64,000 nucleotides of DNA. Source: Daphnia carinata (Eukaryota). The position numbers were made by a program, and so were the translations under genes. This document shows, in pieces, positions 1 to 12,417 of this stretch (the stretch's first letter is position 1; every line of letters begins with the position of its first letter). The notes below the pieces were generated by a model. It saw only the letters and a program-made list of their open reading frames with translations, was not told where the DNA came from and made no database searches. The stretch is from the NCBI RefSeq assembly GCF_022539665.2, contig NC_081334.1, positions 1,426,001 through 1,490,000 on the forward strand, written 5' to 3'.

Positions 1-2295
1 CCATTGTTACTGTTCTCCGATATTAGATGGCGATTTCGTTTCTCGCGAGATGGCATTGGCGTTTCAATTCTAATGTCGGTATCCTGATGTAAATGTCATT
101 CTGAAATACCTGTTTCCAGCAGTGTGCCCTTGAATTTTTAGTAAGACTGTTTAACGGAGGGATACTACCATTAAATGGAAGATGATGCAATAAATTGCAT
201 TTAACTTGTTTATTTTTGACAAACAAGCCCTTCCTAATAGCCGTTTCATTTCCAGTCCTGACAACTATTCTCTGGGAATTGGCGCTATGTTTGGCTGTTT
301 GCAAATGGCCGAAACTCCGAAAGGTAATAAGTCAACCATAAGTTTTTCGGCAAACCGGTCTACATAGCAGATACAGAAAGAATACACCAGTTTGAAAGAA
401 TACTCTGCTTGGTAAAGTATACAAGTAGCATCTCAAAATTCCATTCATGAGAATTTAACTTATTTTTTCTTGATGAGCTTTCTATTGGCATGACATTAAC
501 ATGCAGACATCTGTCATCAACTGAGGTGGTGTGCTTTACCTTGAATAAGAATAATTGTTCTTGCCTGTTGTGTTTTGGTAGGTTTCTTTCCAGAAGTTTC
601 AGAACTGGAACTGCAACGGAGCTCTGGAGTGCAATATTGGCAGCCAATTTCCTTGCCCAATGCCATTTACACATTGCAAAGATTCTTCTTCAATAGTTCA
701 TGGTAAAAAAAAATGTAAATGAGGGTCACATCTTTCATATGTGTGTATGACCATAGAATTGAATTCAGGATACTTAGCTTAGCCCATTTCTGATTAACTC
801 CTATTGCAGTAAACAAGTTTCGTTTGAACACATACTATAAGCATTCATAATTTTTCTTTTTTTTTTTTAACAGGTTCAAGCCAGCATTTTAACAGGTTAT
901 GCCATGGATGATTTGCGTTTTAGGCTGGGCAGTATAGTGCATCTGCAATTCATTGACTGGATGAATAATATAGGCAAGTGGCTTATCTGTGATAAAGCGA
1001 AGGACCCAGAAGTTTAATTGATTTTTTCTCAATTCCATTTTAAGGATTTTTTGTGGTAGTTTAAGTTTGATGCATAAGCGCCTTACCCTATTCTGACATC
1101 TGCCTTCCGGGGATAGCTGTTGATGATTTCCTGCCATATAGATTACAAGCTGTAGTTGCACAAAGCAGAAGAATTGCCTGCCTACGTTGTACGTACATAG
1201 CGTTTTTACAGTAGTATCTGACTCAAAAAGTATCAAACCAAAATTACTTCTTTCTAGCAGAAGAGAAGCGTTGCAGTTGCATTTATTTCATCGAAAACGA
1301 GGGAAGATCAATCAGAAAGTGGCGTGCTTTAATTTTCTTCAAAAAGCTTTGGGTAGTAATAACTTAAGATTTAAGAAGAAATCGGAATCGACCGCCATAG
1401 AAAATTTGGATCGCTCAACTGATTGCCCATTAAAGAGACGGAAAGGCCCACGTCCCCGTTTCATTTGGCCGATGAAAATCATCAATATTTAAGGGCCCTA
1501 ATAAGGACATCAGCTCCGCCTCGCCGTGGAATAACTACTACATGAAGACTAACCTGAAACAAGCTGGAGATGCCCGCTTAACGTGGGCAGAAGGAGAGGA
1601 AAGTGGTGTTGTTTCTGATCTTGTCTACGATGGGCTTGAACGCAACGCCAATTTTAGTGGTGGCGATCTATGCCCGTGCAACAGCACCAACAAAACCAGT
1701 TGCAAAAAGGCCCAGCGATCTTTCACCACCAGCCCTCGTCGAATCGGTGCGATGAAGAGCACGTAGCGCGGTGCGCTAAACAGCAGTGACTTCAACCGCG
1801 AATCGCTTTGTTCTATCTATGTGTGTGTGTTTACGTAAAAAAGCGTAATGTAAAAAATATGGTGGGTTTTTTCTATTCGCTTCGTTTGTTTCTGTTGTGT
1901 ATGTCAAATGCACAACCTGTACAGAGCGGCTATTTCCACGGAGCTGTGTTGAGCGCGATTTTTTCCTTCGACGTTAAGTGCGTCACTGCCTTCACAAGCG
2001 ATTGACAAGTAGTAGAATCGAAAAAAATCAAACCGGCAACGTAAAAAACACCCTATAAAAAAAGGGGGATTTCGCAGCACAGCTGATGTGCAATATGTGA
2101 ACAATGGAAAACATCCGTCTCAGAAAAAAAAGGTATTCATGATATCAGGTATTGGTAAAGGCAAGTGATCTGGGTCTTGGCTTCGATGTTCTGAGCCAGT
2201 AAATAGTCAGGCAACGAAAAGGAAGCATGCTTTTTTTTTTTCGAAGTCCAAATCTTATTCCTACATTCACTATTAGTAATAGTACTACTAGAATA

Positions 2296-2368
2296 TGTGA
2301 AATGGCTCAGCGGTAGAGCGTCGGCTTCAGAAGCCGCAGGTAAAGGGTTCAACACTTAGAGTCCACAT
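2296..2368 (+). pseudogene. Degenerate tRNA-like sequence (tRNA pseudogene or tRNA-derived SINE head)
   Basis: Pol III A-box TGGCTCAGCGG at 2303 followed by TAGAGC (D-arm-like). Anticodon-like stem-loop TCGGC-TTCAGAA-GCCGC. Degenerate B-box GGTTCAACAC. Acceptor and T stems pair poorly, so it is not a functional tRNA. Confidence 0.45.
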
Positions 2369-5300
2369 GACATGCATTTTCACACAAAATGCCTTCAAAT
2401 GTCAAAATAACGAAAAATTCTTTCTCATGAATGTGATGGCGAAAAAGTTATAATAATGTGAAGTACGGAATTGAATTCCCATCCATGAGTCGCCTTTGTA
2501 TTCCCGCGTATTACGTTATTAATTATTTAAAGATTGAAGTGCATATCTGGGCTCCCTTCTTTTCTGTAGCCCCGTTTCCCCTTGACTCATAATAAGCCCG
2601 TAAGAGGTCATGCCCCTACTGTACAGTATATATATACCGAGGTTTGGAGGGCTCTGAGCGGAAAGGGGACGTGGCGCCCCTCAGTTCGATGATGTGTTCA
2701 CGGAGGGCTATTTCGCTACCCACAAATCCGAATTAAAGGTTAATCGCTCCTGTAAAATAATGCAGTGTCGTAAGCGGCGCAGTGGTCGTGGACGAGTTGT
2801 TAGGTTGTTTGGAATTGTGGTTGTAAACATGCATCTGGGCGTAAGAGTTGTGGGCGCAAATAATGTTGTTCGCCAGCAGAGATTATTCTGGAACGCCAAG
2901 TTCAATTGTTTAAAACAAATATCGGAAATAGCTGTTAACAAATTCGGAAACAACTTTAAAGTGGATGCGTACTATGACGTTACTAGATGGCAGCACGTTG
3001 GAGGCTAGTTAATAGATGGCCGCCAACTGTTTCTCTAAATGCAGCTTTTTGGGAACCTACAAGTAAACCGGCCATAACCTTAAATTGTAACATCGTAGAA
3101 AAAGGTTAAGGCTAAGACATCATCTGCAACTTCTGTATAACCGTGATTGCCAGGTAAAATCAGCCCAATCAAAGACCTTAGGGTGGTATGGATTTATTCA
3201 AAACAAAAATTATGCAAAGGAAATCTCAGAGATGCTTTTGTTTTATTATGTCATAGCTTTCAGGGGCGTCAAACAGACGAAACTCAAATTACCATCAGTT
3301 GCCATCATAGTTACATCTGCTTCGTCTAGTGCTGTTCTGGAATTTCTTTGTCGTAAAAACTTTCGAGTCTCCGCCATGCACGTTTTAAACAAGTCAGCCG
3401 AAAATGGTATCAAATTTTGTATATCGCAAATGAGTTAATAGGTTTCAGTGATTTCATAAGGTACATATGAATTTCTTTCTGCAGGTTGTATAGGATATGT
3501 GTTGTGTCCCATGCGGTGTTGTTTGCAGCCCTTTCTTGTGGTATGTGTTTAATATAGGCATATTAGATGTAGAGCCATTTGCTGTGGATAAAATTTATGC
3601 AGGGAAAAGAACTTCATCGTAATGGTGCATTGGAACTGACATGAGCTACTGGATTTCTACCCCTTAATGGCTTCCATTAAAATTTCATGGTAAAAAAGTA
3701 TTAACAATATTCCCATTGACTTCAAGGAATTGATCACTGAAATTACCAGCAAGGGTTAAACAAAGTTCTACCTGGAAAAGCTCCCTTCGAGAATAATGGT
3801 TGGATAAAGAAAGTGAGTTATCCTAAATCAAGGTATGGGCTTCTTCGAAGACATAACGACCATTCCATTTTGATTTGTGTGTAGAAATTGAATCCTCTCT
3901 TTTTAAAGATGTAAAATATTGTGCTTGAATGATTGGTAAGTTAATAGTTTCTGCTGTTTAGCTTCTTGGTGTTTTCTTTCTTATCTTTTTTTTTTGCCCA
4001 TAGAACCAAATTTTCTTCTTTAGTATATAATAAAAGCTACTGCGAGAGAATACATAGTGATTGCCGTACAGCCAACCCCGTATACAACATCGATTGCGTG
4101 ACGCTTCAAATTCGGCTTATTGTAATGGTGTACACACATTAATATCTACGCGCATGAAATGTTTTATGTAAGTGCGATATGAAATATTTTTTTTTACAGC
4201 GACCAGAATAATGAGGATGAGGAATGAACTGGGCATCGAAATGTGGGGGCATAAGGCATAGAGCTGTTTATTTGGGGGAAAAAAATGGTTAGCAAAGGAA
4301 AGGTTACCCTAAACCAATAGCAGGAATGTATATCAGTTAGTAATTACAATATGTAGGTTGAATTCAACTGTGAACATCTCTTATAGTTAGCACTGTGTAA
4401 AATGACAAAGTAGGGTGACTGGAAAGGCCTCCCACAAGAAGCCATTCCCTCATTCCATAGAGATATACTGTGAAAAGGAAAACCTGGCAGACAAGAAAAA
4501 TGAAGGAGTTATTCTGCACCAGAGGATTTCCTCTGTCAGGTGGGTGTAAGTGTTTAAAAATTGGTAATTGTAGCTGACATAGTTATGCAATCCATTGTCT
4601 ACACTCAAATCAACATATTTTAAATTTGCCCATAGTAGTTACGCGCAGCCTGTGCCACTGCATACCAGTAGTATTCTCTCAAAGCTGGGACATGGAGGCT
4701 ATACCAGCTTTGGGCCAACTATCTGGAATGAAAAATCCACTTGCAATTGCTAGAACTTCATTTTCTATATTGCGAGTGACATCGTAACATTTCACCGATT
4801 TATTGGACGAATCTATTGGATTCTAATGTTATTTGGTACAAAAATTATCTTATGCAAACAATGAGACGGCTATTGACATATTCACGAAGTATGGCTTTAC
4901 AAAGTCTAACTACGGTCGCCAGATGTCCCAAATCATTGTTATGAAAAGTTGTATCAGAATTGTGCTTGTGCTGTAGGTTTTTATTTAACAATTATGTAAA
5001 CTTATGAGTGTAATCGTGTGAAGCTAATTAATTCTGATGGATATCAAATAAAGGTGAGGGTTTTGAAATATTTGCCTCGATTATTATGTGTGTGGTATTG
5101 CTTTAAAGTGGTATATGAGTCATACCTGAAAACTGAACTTCAACAACTTTAAAAGGCCATGTTATATAAATTTACTATAGTTAACGTTTGAAACTGCGCA
5201 GATCTTCTATACCTTGTAAAGAAGAATATAGTTCACTTTTTAAATTTTCGAAATTTCAACTTCCGGTTTAAGATCCGGTTTGAAAATGCTTAATAACTCA

Positions 5301-5400
5301 CTATCTATTGGTCTGAACAAAAAAAGACCGGCATTTTCGTAATCCTCGTGAAATTTGGGGTCGAATCCATGTGTCAGTAGAAAATACCCGAAAATCGTCA

Positions 5401-5448
5401 AAAATCGCAAATTTCCCTGAACTATAGTTCAGGAAAAATCGCGATTTT
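5401..5448. repeat. Palindrome: perfect 18-bp core inside a 48-bp imperfect inverted repeat
   Basis: CCTGAACTATAGTTCAGG (5416-5433) is self-complementary. The flanks AAAATCGCAAATTTC / AAAAATCGCGATTTT extend it with 3 mismatches. Confidence 0.8.
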
Positions 5449-7253
5449 GGCCAAATTGGACTTTTCGCCAAAAACAGGTCAAAATAGGTCAGACACACCT
5501 TAAATGTCACGAGGATCACGAAAATCATATTCGTTTTGTTGTGGGCCTAGTATTTCTGGAGATATAGGCTACTTCCGACCACTTCCGGTAATTTTTTTTT
5601 TCAACTTGGCAAAAAGTAAAAAATGAACATTAATATTCCAAACATTTTAAGCATTTTGATCATAAATGAAATGGGTTGGCGGCTTTTTTCGTGTTTGTTT
5701 TGCTATTTCATTATTGGTTGATCGCGCGAGATGCATATACTTATAACACTACTTCGTTAACAGAGACTACTAGCATTATGTGTCACACTAATGGGAAGGT
5801 ATACCTGATAAGTATAGATGAAGATATACCTCGTGCTATTATTATAACCTTATCATGCACGGCCATCTGATGTACAGTCAGGTTTAGAAATAAGCCCGAC
5901 TTTTTCTTATTTTACGTTACGCTGTAGCGTACTGGCATGCTACGGGAAATTGCGGAATACTAATAGCGCCCTAATGTCTCATTAACTATAAAATTCGTAT
6001 GTTGAATGTGCAACACATTCTGTTAAATTTTTTTCTGATTTCAATTTTGTCCGGCTTTTCATTGCTCGTAACAAACGAATATACTCGCTGGAATGTTGCG
6101 TTCTGCGATTTTATGGGTATTATACATCTCTGATTCGTTTCGTTGTGTAATTAGTAGTTCAGAAGTTCTTCGTTACTTCCGACACACTTTGGAAATTTGC
6201 ATATAAACAGTAAGGAACCTTGAATTAAAAATCTAATCATTCACTGGGGGTATATTTAAAATTCGAAAATGCTTATCGTATAAAGATTTAAAACCTCGGT
6301 TGCTTCGCATTAAAACCCGAAAGATTGAACGCTACCGTCGTCTGCCATGTCCGCCATTAGCCATGTCAACATGCAAACATTTTTGCCCCGTTGTTTTTTT
6401 TTTTTTTAGTTTTCCCCCTGTTTTGTGCGTCTACATCAACGAGTAAGTAACATACGATCATTATTTTTATTCAGGCATTATTATTTTGCTTTATTGTTAG
6501 AATTAGGAAGATGGAAGCGTTTTATGTAAACCAGCAATGATAAGTTAAACACAGATAGTAAGGAAGTCGATGCTCAGCTGGTGCCTTGGAAAATCAGCCG
6601 TATGATTTTTGTAGCGTAAAATATCTTTAAGCTCTTCTTCAGAGCATAACAGAAATATTGTTGGCAAATTGTTCAGTATTACTTGGCAGTGAGTCTCTTA
6701 CATAGAATTGTGAGTAGAGGTTAAAGGATTGTTTCAACTGTTTCAATAACGAGCACACTAGCTGAGCTATCAGTATTTAACTTATCAGCCTTTTTCATCT
6801 GTATCATAATAATATAAACTAAATGGTTTATTAACCTTTTTCAAGTTTGTATTCAATATTGTGACTTCTGTTGTACTAAATATTTGTTTGTTTGAACTTC
6901 TTGAATCTACGTTCAACTAACAAAGCTTTATGACAGCTGTTTGTGAAAAGCTCTTTTTGAAGAAGATTGAACATATGGAATGTTTGATAACCATTTAGCA
7001 AAGGATTTATTTTGAATGAAAAACTATTTTACAGAAGTAACATTCCCTGTCTTCAGTCTGTTCATATTATGGTCCCAGTAATCCTGGGAAACTAATCGAG
7101 CTAGTTTTCGTTATTTAACTTGTATCATTTTTAAAGTCCCGGTAAACCATAAACGTACTTAGATCTCTTTTATTGAATTCCTATGTTGTTCTTTTATCTA
7201 ACTCCTTTACATCTGTTACATTTACATAGGGTCAATAAAAAGAAAATCCTGAT

Positions 7254-7817
7254 AGTCGCCTCATCGCCATCGCCGTCTTCGCCATCGCCATCACTGTCTT
7301 CGCCATCGCCGTCTCCATCGCCGTCTTCATCGCCGTCTCCATCGCCGTCTCCATCGCCGTCTTCATCGCCGTCTCCATCGCCGTCTCCATCGCCGTCTTC
7401 ATCGCCGTCTCCATCGCCGTCTCCATCGCCGTCTCCATCGCCGTCTTCATCGCCGTCTCCATCGCCGTCTCCATCGCCGTCTTCATCGCCGTCTCCATCG
7501 CCGTCTCCATCGCCGTCTTCATCGCCGTCTCCATCGCCGTCTTCATCGCCGTCTCCATCGCCGTCTCCATCGCCGTCTTCATCGCCGTCTCCATCGCCGT
7601 CTCCATCGCCGTCTCCATCGCCGTCTCCATCGCCGTCTCCATCGCCGTCTCCATCGCCGTCTTCATCGCCGTCTCCATCGCCGTCTTCATCGCCGTCTCC
7701 ATCGCCGTCTTCATCGCCGTCTCCATCGCCGTCTTCATCGCCGTCTCCATCGCCGTCTCCATCGCCGTCTTCATCGCCGTCTCCATTGCCGCCTCCATCG
7801 CCGTCACCTCATCGCCA
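7254..7817. repeat. 12-bp tandem minisatellite (CCATCGCCGTCT / TCATCGCCGTCT), about 45 copies
   Basis: Directly visible. It produces the (SP)n and (ETAM/KTAM)n ORFs of the ORF track. Confidence 0.97.
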
Positions 7818-7868
7818 TCTACGGGATTCGCCTTGGTATTGTTTTGTTTTGTTTTGCATTCTAGTGTA

Positions 7869-8219
7869 TAAGTTAACCAGTTGGCTGCCACGCCGTTTGC
7901 TCCTATTTTTTTTTGGTAGTTGTAGGGACTTGGGCGCTGTTCTCCTCATGGCCATGGGGGGAACAGTCGCCATTGCGCCTAATGGCTTTGTGCCATTAGG
8001 CGCCCGTAGGCAATGCACCAGCAGGGACTTCTCTTTGTCGGCGCAGTGATAGATAATCCAGGGGTGTGCATTCCCGGAATGGACTCTATCACTGTGCCAG
8101 CCCGGGCTTGTCTTCGGACAAGCCCCACCTTGGTCGGGGATCCTTCGGACCCGACATGTAGCGACCGTAGCTTAAGCAACGTACAAGTTGCATGGCGTGG
8201 CAGCCAACAGGTTAATTTA
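7869..8219 (+). mobile_element. ~350-bp structured element with terminal inverted repeats (MITE-like or structured-RNA-derived insertion)
   Basis: TAAGTTAACCAGTTGGCTGCCACGCC (7869-7894) pairs with GGCGTGGCAGCCAACAGGTTAATTTA (8194-8219), 24/26. There are five internal hairpins. AGTGTATA occurs on both flanks (7863-7870, 8224-8231). Confidence 0.55.
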
Positions 8220-8225
8220 GCTAAG

Positions 8226-8325
8226 TGTATATATGTACTTATGTATGTACTTATGTATGTACTTATGTATGTATTTGTATGTATTTGTATGTATTTGTAT
8301 GTATTTGTATGTATATATGTAATGT
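8226..8325. repeat. Compound microsatellite (TATG/TATGTACT/GTATTT units)
   Basis: Directly visible immediately 3' of the structured element. Confidence 0.9.
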
Positions 8326-10562
8326 AAAATAGTGGTGGAATTGAAGGGTGGAGGTGGGACAATAAAAACAATTTAAAATTTATATATTTGTTTTGTGTAT
8401 TTCCATTTTTATGGTAGTTGACTTATTAAAAGTCAAAAGATAAACTTAGCTTATTTTTTTCTATCAACTTGTTTGACTTGAAGTCTAGCCATAGCAAACA
8501 AAACTTGCTACAAATTTTCTTTCTTTGTTCAAATTTACTGTCAACTACAAAAAAAACTATGAATCTCAAAACACAATTGGCAAAGAAGGTATGTAAACCC
8601 AAGTTTTCAGTGACCAGCACAATGTGACACTTGACTAGCCACTTAGGAAAAAAGAAATGACCAAATTCATCTTGAATCTTTCTCCGTTTCTTGAACGAAT
8701 AAGTAATCCAACAATGCAACAATGATACTGGAAATTTTTCATTTACACTGATAATAGAACATCAACAGCATTCCTTTCTGGCGAATGACTCTGCTGCCAC
8801 CACGTCACACCAGGTATCTCCCAAAAATCTAGAAGTACAGTTAAAAACTAAACCATAAATTGTAAGATAGCCTACGAGTACCTTATGGAATCTGGATCTG
8901 AGAAATTTTGGATCTAAGAGATCCAGGTTGCACAGACTAGGATCCAGAGAAGAGAACAGATTTTTAAGAACTGCCTTCTGCAAGTAGCACCTTTGGTATT
9001 AAATGTGTAGTTGCCTAACAGAGATGAAAAACTGGGTTAAATCAAGCCATGCACCGAAGCGGTGTATTTGACTAATGGAGATCAAAAACGTGCTGGCTAA
9101 GTTAAGCAATGCTTCTCTTTTGAATAATTTATAATGTGTTACACAATAGTTTACGAATGAATAGCTGCCATAATACCGTCAAAAAATTACTCTTACCTTT
9201 TAGCACAGATTCAACCCACAAAATCCAGGTCTAGGCACGGCGAAATCGACGGTAAAATTTCGAGAAGGAACACGTTTATTTCATGCTTCCATCCTAAATC
9301 CGACGCCACGCGAAATGAAACAGCTGATAGAAATTTTGGCAGAATAGCTGACGTGGTGGCTATGAAAACGAATCGGAGTTAGCCACTGGTCCACTAGATG
9401 TCTTGAAAAATATGCATCACAGAATTATTTGACGTGTAAAACAGAAAAAAAAAACATTTTTTATTTTTATTTTGGGTAAAACGGATTGCCATAGAAAACA
9501 AATAATCTTATCGAAATCAGCGCTCAGTTTTGATGCAGCCCTTTGGTTTCTATGGAAGAGTTCTTAAACCCCAATTCAAATATTCGCTTAAACCGTCAAT
9601 TAGAAACAAGGTAGTTCCTGTGGATGATGTTGGTGTTCTGAAAACTACAGCTGATTTGCATCTAAACAAAATTTGAGATGCAACTGTTTTCAGCTCTTAG
9701 AGTGGAGACAACCATCTTTGCTAGTTTGCAACGAGTTTAAGTTTTTCACAAATTCAAAATTAAACGATCCCGTTAGGATTCACAGCTCTATATATATTTC
9801 CCTTTGCCATATCGCATACATCTCTACATAACTTCAATTACGGAGAATGCGTTAAGGACAAACAGAAACTGAGAATTGAAAAAATCAGTTGAAGTGTGAC
9901 AAAAGAACTTACTACTCAAACTAAAATAGGAAGAAGAGAAGAATGAATAAGAAAAACAAAATGGCTATCCCGATCGATAAAAGTATGCGCACTTATACAG
10001 AACAGATTGAGACCGTAATCGGATTTTTTACTTGCCTTTTCTGACATTTGATAAAATTCCGGCCATCAGGGAAACACAAGAAAATGCAGTATTATACAAG
10101 AATAGGCGATGGGGAACAAAGGTTTTGAATAGACTACGCTCGTAAAAAAATGCGCGATAACTTTCTCAGCCGTTTCAGGGTATTTTCCTGATGATTCTTC
10201 ACGACGGAAATGTAAACTATTGTTGTTCTCGCTTTCCCCCCATATTTTCCAGCAAAGAAGACACCAGCGGATTCACGCTTTGACTCAGACAATTTTCCTT
10301 TTAGCTCTTTGAAAATAATAATAATAATAATAAAAAATAATAACAATATGGAATGCCAAGAGAAAAAAGAAAACACCAGCATAGATCTCTTGCAATGAGT
10401 TAACATACAAACGATCTTTTAGCTTTCCGACGGTCATCATAGTTCTTTCAGTATTTGCAGTATAAAGCCGCTCAAATAGGCGGCAGAGGATAGAGAAAGG
10501 GGATGCCGTACAAACGTGGTAAATATTTAAGGGAGTGAAACGCCATTTGACATACCAATTAT

Positions 10563-12177
10563 TCACGCATCCTCTGTGGGAACACCTTCTGCATAACATT
10601 CTACCCTGGAAATATCTTCGGAAGGCGCCGCATTTGGAGCAGGTTCTTCTGTTGGAGAATCTTCCAAGGACGCTTCTTCGCTGACGGGCGTTGGAATCTT
10701 CTCAAACGCTTGGACCTGATCACTTTCCCCATTGCTTGTCGGTGTTGTCACTGGTACCGGTGCCATTTGTAGGGATTTACGTATCCGATCTCCTTTTCGC
10801 CACAAGGTGATTTCCTAAATCAGATTAACATTCGTAATGATAAGTTGTGCGAAAAGGGGGAGAAAATGTATTACCTGTTGCTTGAAATAACGGCGTTCCT
10901 CTTCGTCAACCAGAACGAGATTCAGGTAATAACGAACAGAGAACTTTTTATTTATGTCACGCATGGTTGGCGTTAGATCGTAACCAGCAAGAAATACTCT
11001 GATAGGTATGCTCTCGCCTCGAACAGGTGAGCCATCCATTATCTCATATTTTGCAATAGTTTCATTTTCATTGAAGACGTTTGGTCCAGAACCTGTCGTC
11101 TCCCTTCGAATGATGGCAATTTCCATATGACGAATTTTGATTCTCACGAGGAGGAAGTAAATTTTCCCAACTATTACATCTTTCAAATGGTACCTGTCAT
11201 ACAGAAATATGCGGTATGTCAATATGGTTCAGTTGACGTATAAGAAATTATCGGCTTTTGATTTCATACTTGGACTTGTTGTATTCAAATTCAATGTGTA
11301 ACGAATCTTCGATGCCGACTTCCATTTTTATGCTACTGTTCATTTCTGGATAAGAACTAAGCGTGTGCACCGCCAAATCTACTTCTTTGACTAAATCTGT
11401 TAATCTTCTAACTACAGTCACTCTAAGGAAATATCTGTTGAAAATGACATTATTAGAGCTTGTGCTAAAGTTATCAAGTAATTATATCCTTTACCTTAGC
11501 TTGACATTTGTGCCAGTGTAGACCTCATATGGTTTCTCCACTTGGTTGAAATCAAAATCGTAACTAGTGTTGTGATGGAGTTCACCTGGGCGAGCTAATT
11601 CTTTCACCAATGAAGTAAATTCATGCTGATTCCCTCTATCATAGTAGAGTTCGATTTGACCAAGAAATTCAATTTTGATCCCCTGGTGCTCCAATTTATA
11701 GCCTGGTCGCTTGAGTGTTATATTTACCTGCAAATTAGTATGTAGGGATTTATACACAACATAATATTATATTTGACAATACATTGTAAATATTATCAAA
11801 CTTTACCTTTCCAGATAGGCTTTCTCCATCAAAAAATAAGAACAGCCTTTCTTTTTTCCCATCTTCTGTTTTAACTTCAGTAGTCCTTCTTGTTGCAGCT
11901 CCATCTAGGATGATATCTATCTCTGCACTTTGTCCAAATCCAAAGAAGCTCTGAAAATATATAGTGTATATTAAAGATGGATCATTTTTTCTATATATAA
12001 ACTGTGATTGTCTACTACAATGATAACAAAATAAATGGCTGAAGTGTAAACATTTCCTACAATATGTATCATGCTTTTCTGATTAAAATTACATGGCATT
12101 GGCAAATAGTGCTAATGTTGGGACATTTTGTGGGACTATGACATTTCTTGCTTTATAAAGAATGAGACACATACCAT
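10563..12177 (-). CDS. Vps26: Vacuolar protein sorting 26 (retromer subunit, VPS26A/B type), 371 aa
   Basis: Exons 12175-12177 (ATG only), 11807-11950, 11495-11727, 11270-11434, 10875-11193, 10563-10814. All junctions are GT-AG and phases are consistent. Motifs: [89 protein letters not shown]. Confidence 0.96.
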
Positions 12178-12411
12178 TTTTGCATCAAGTAGACGCAATT
12201 TCTCCTCATATAGCTATAGTCACAAATATAACAGGCGTTTTCCGGAGAGAATTGCTAAGTTTACGTCTTGTCGTCTACAGAATACAGACTACAAAAACCC
12301 ATAATCATGAATGCGGCGTTGCGATTTGTTGTAAGATAACCTGCTCAAACTTTTCGGTGAGTGGCTAAATGGAGCTAATGGCTAGGGGAGCCATAGATTT
12401 GATTTCATATA

Positions 12412-12417
12412 TTTATT
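12412..12417 (-). terminator. Candidate polyadenylation signal (AATAAA) for LKB1
   Basis: AATAAA on the minus strand ~470 nt after the LKB1 stop and just upstream of the Vps26 5' region. A second one lies at 12511-12516. Confidence 0.4.

Noticed and set aside
1745..1790. GCGATGAAGAGCACGTAGC...TGCGCTAA resembling the 5.8S/23S rRNA 5' motif
   Set aside because: Similarity is confined to a few short words and there is no flanking rRNA sequence.
1500..1790. Coding-like fragments in three plus frames (a hydrophobic stretch; a C-terminus ...ARCAKQQ*)
   Set aside because: No consistent frame, splice model or recognisable family. At best a gene fragment.
7254..7817. CRISPR-like array
   Set aside because: There are no unique spacers, and the context is eukaryotic.
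7975..8003. CCTAA/TTAGG in the hairpin as an arthropod telomerase RNA template
   Set aside because: It is only one repeat unit and is locked in a perfect stem, whereas a template must be longer and single-stranded.
7183..8049. 288-aa (SP)n ORF and 219-aa antisense (ETAM)n ORF
   Set aside because: Both arise from a stop-free 12-bp tandem repeat. The flanking translation is not protein-like.
8426..9300. Short minus-strand ORFs with splice-like sites
   Set aside because: No coherent exon chain or recognisable domain.
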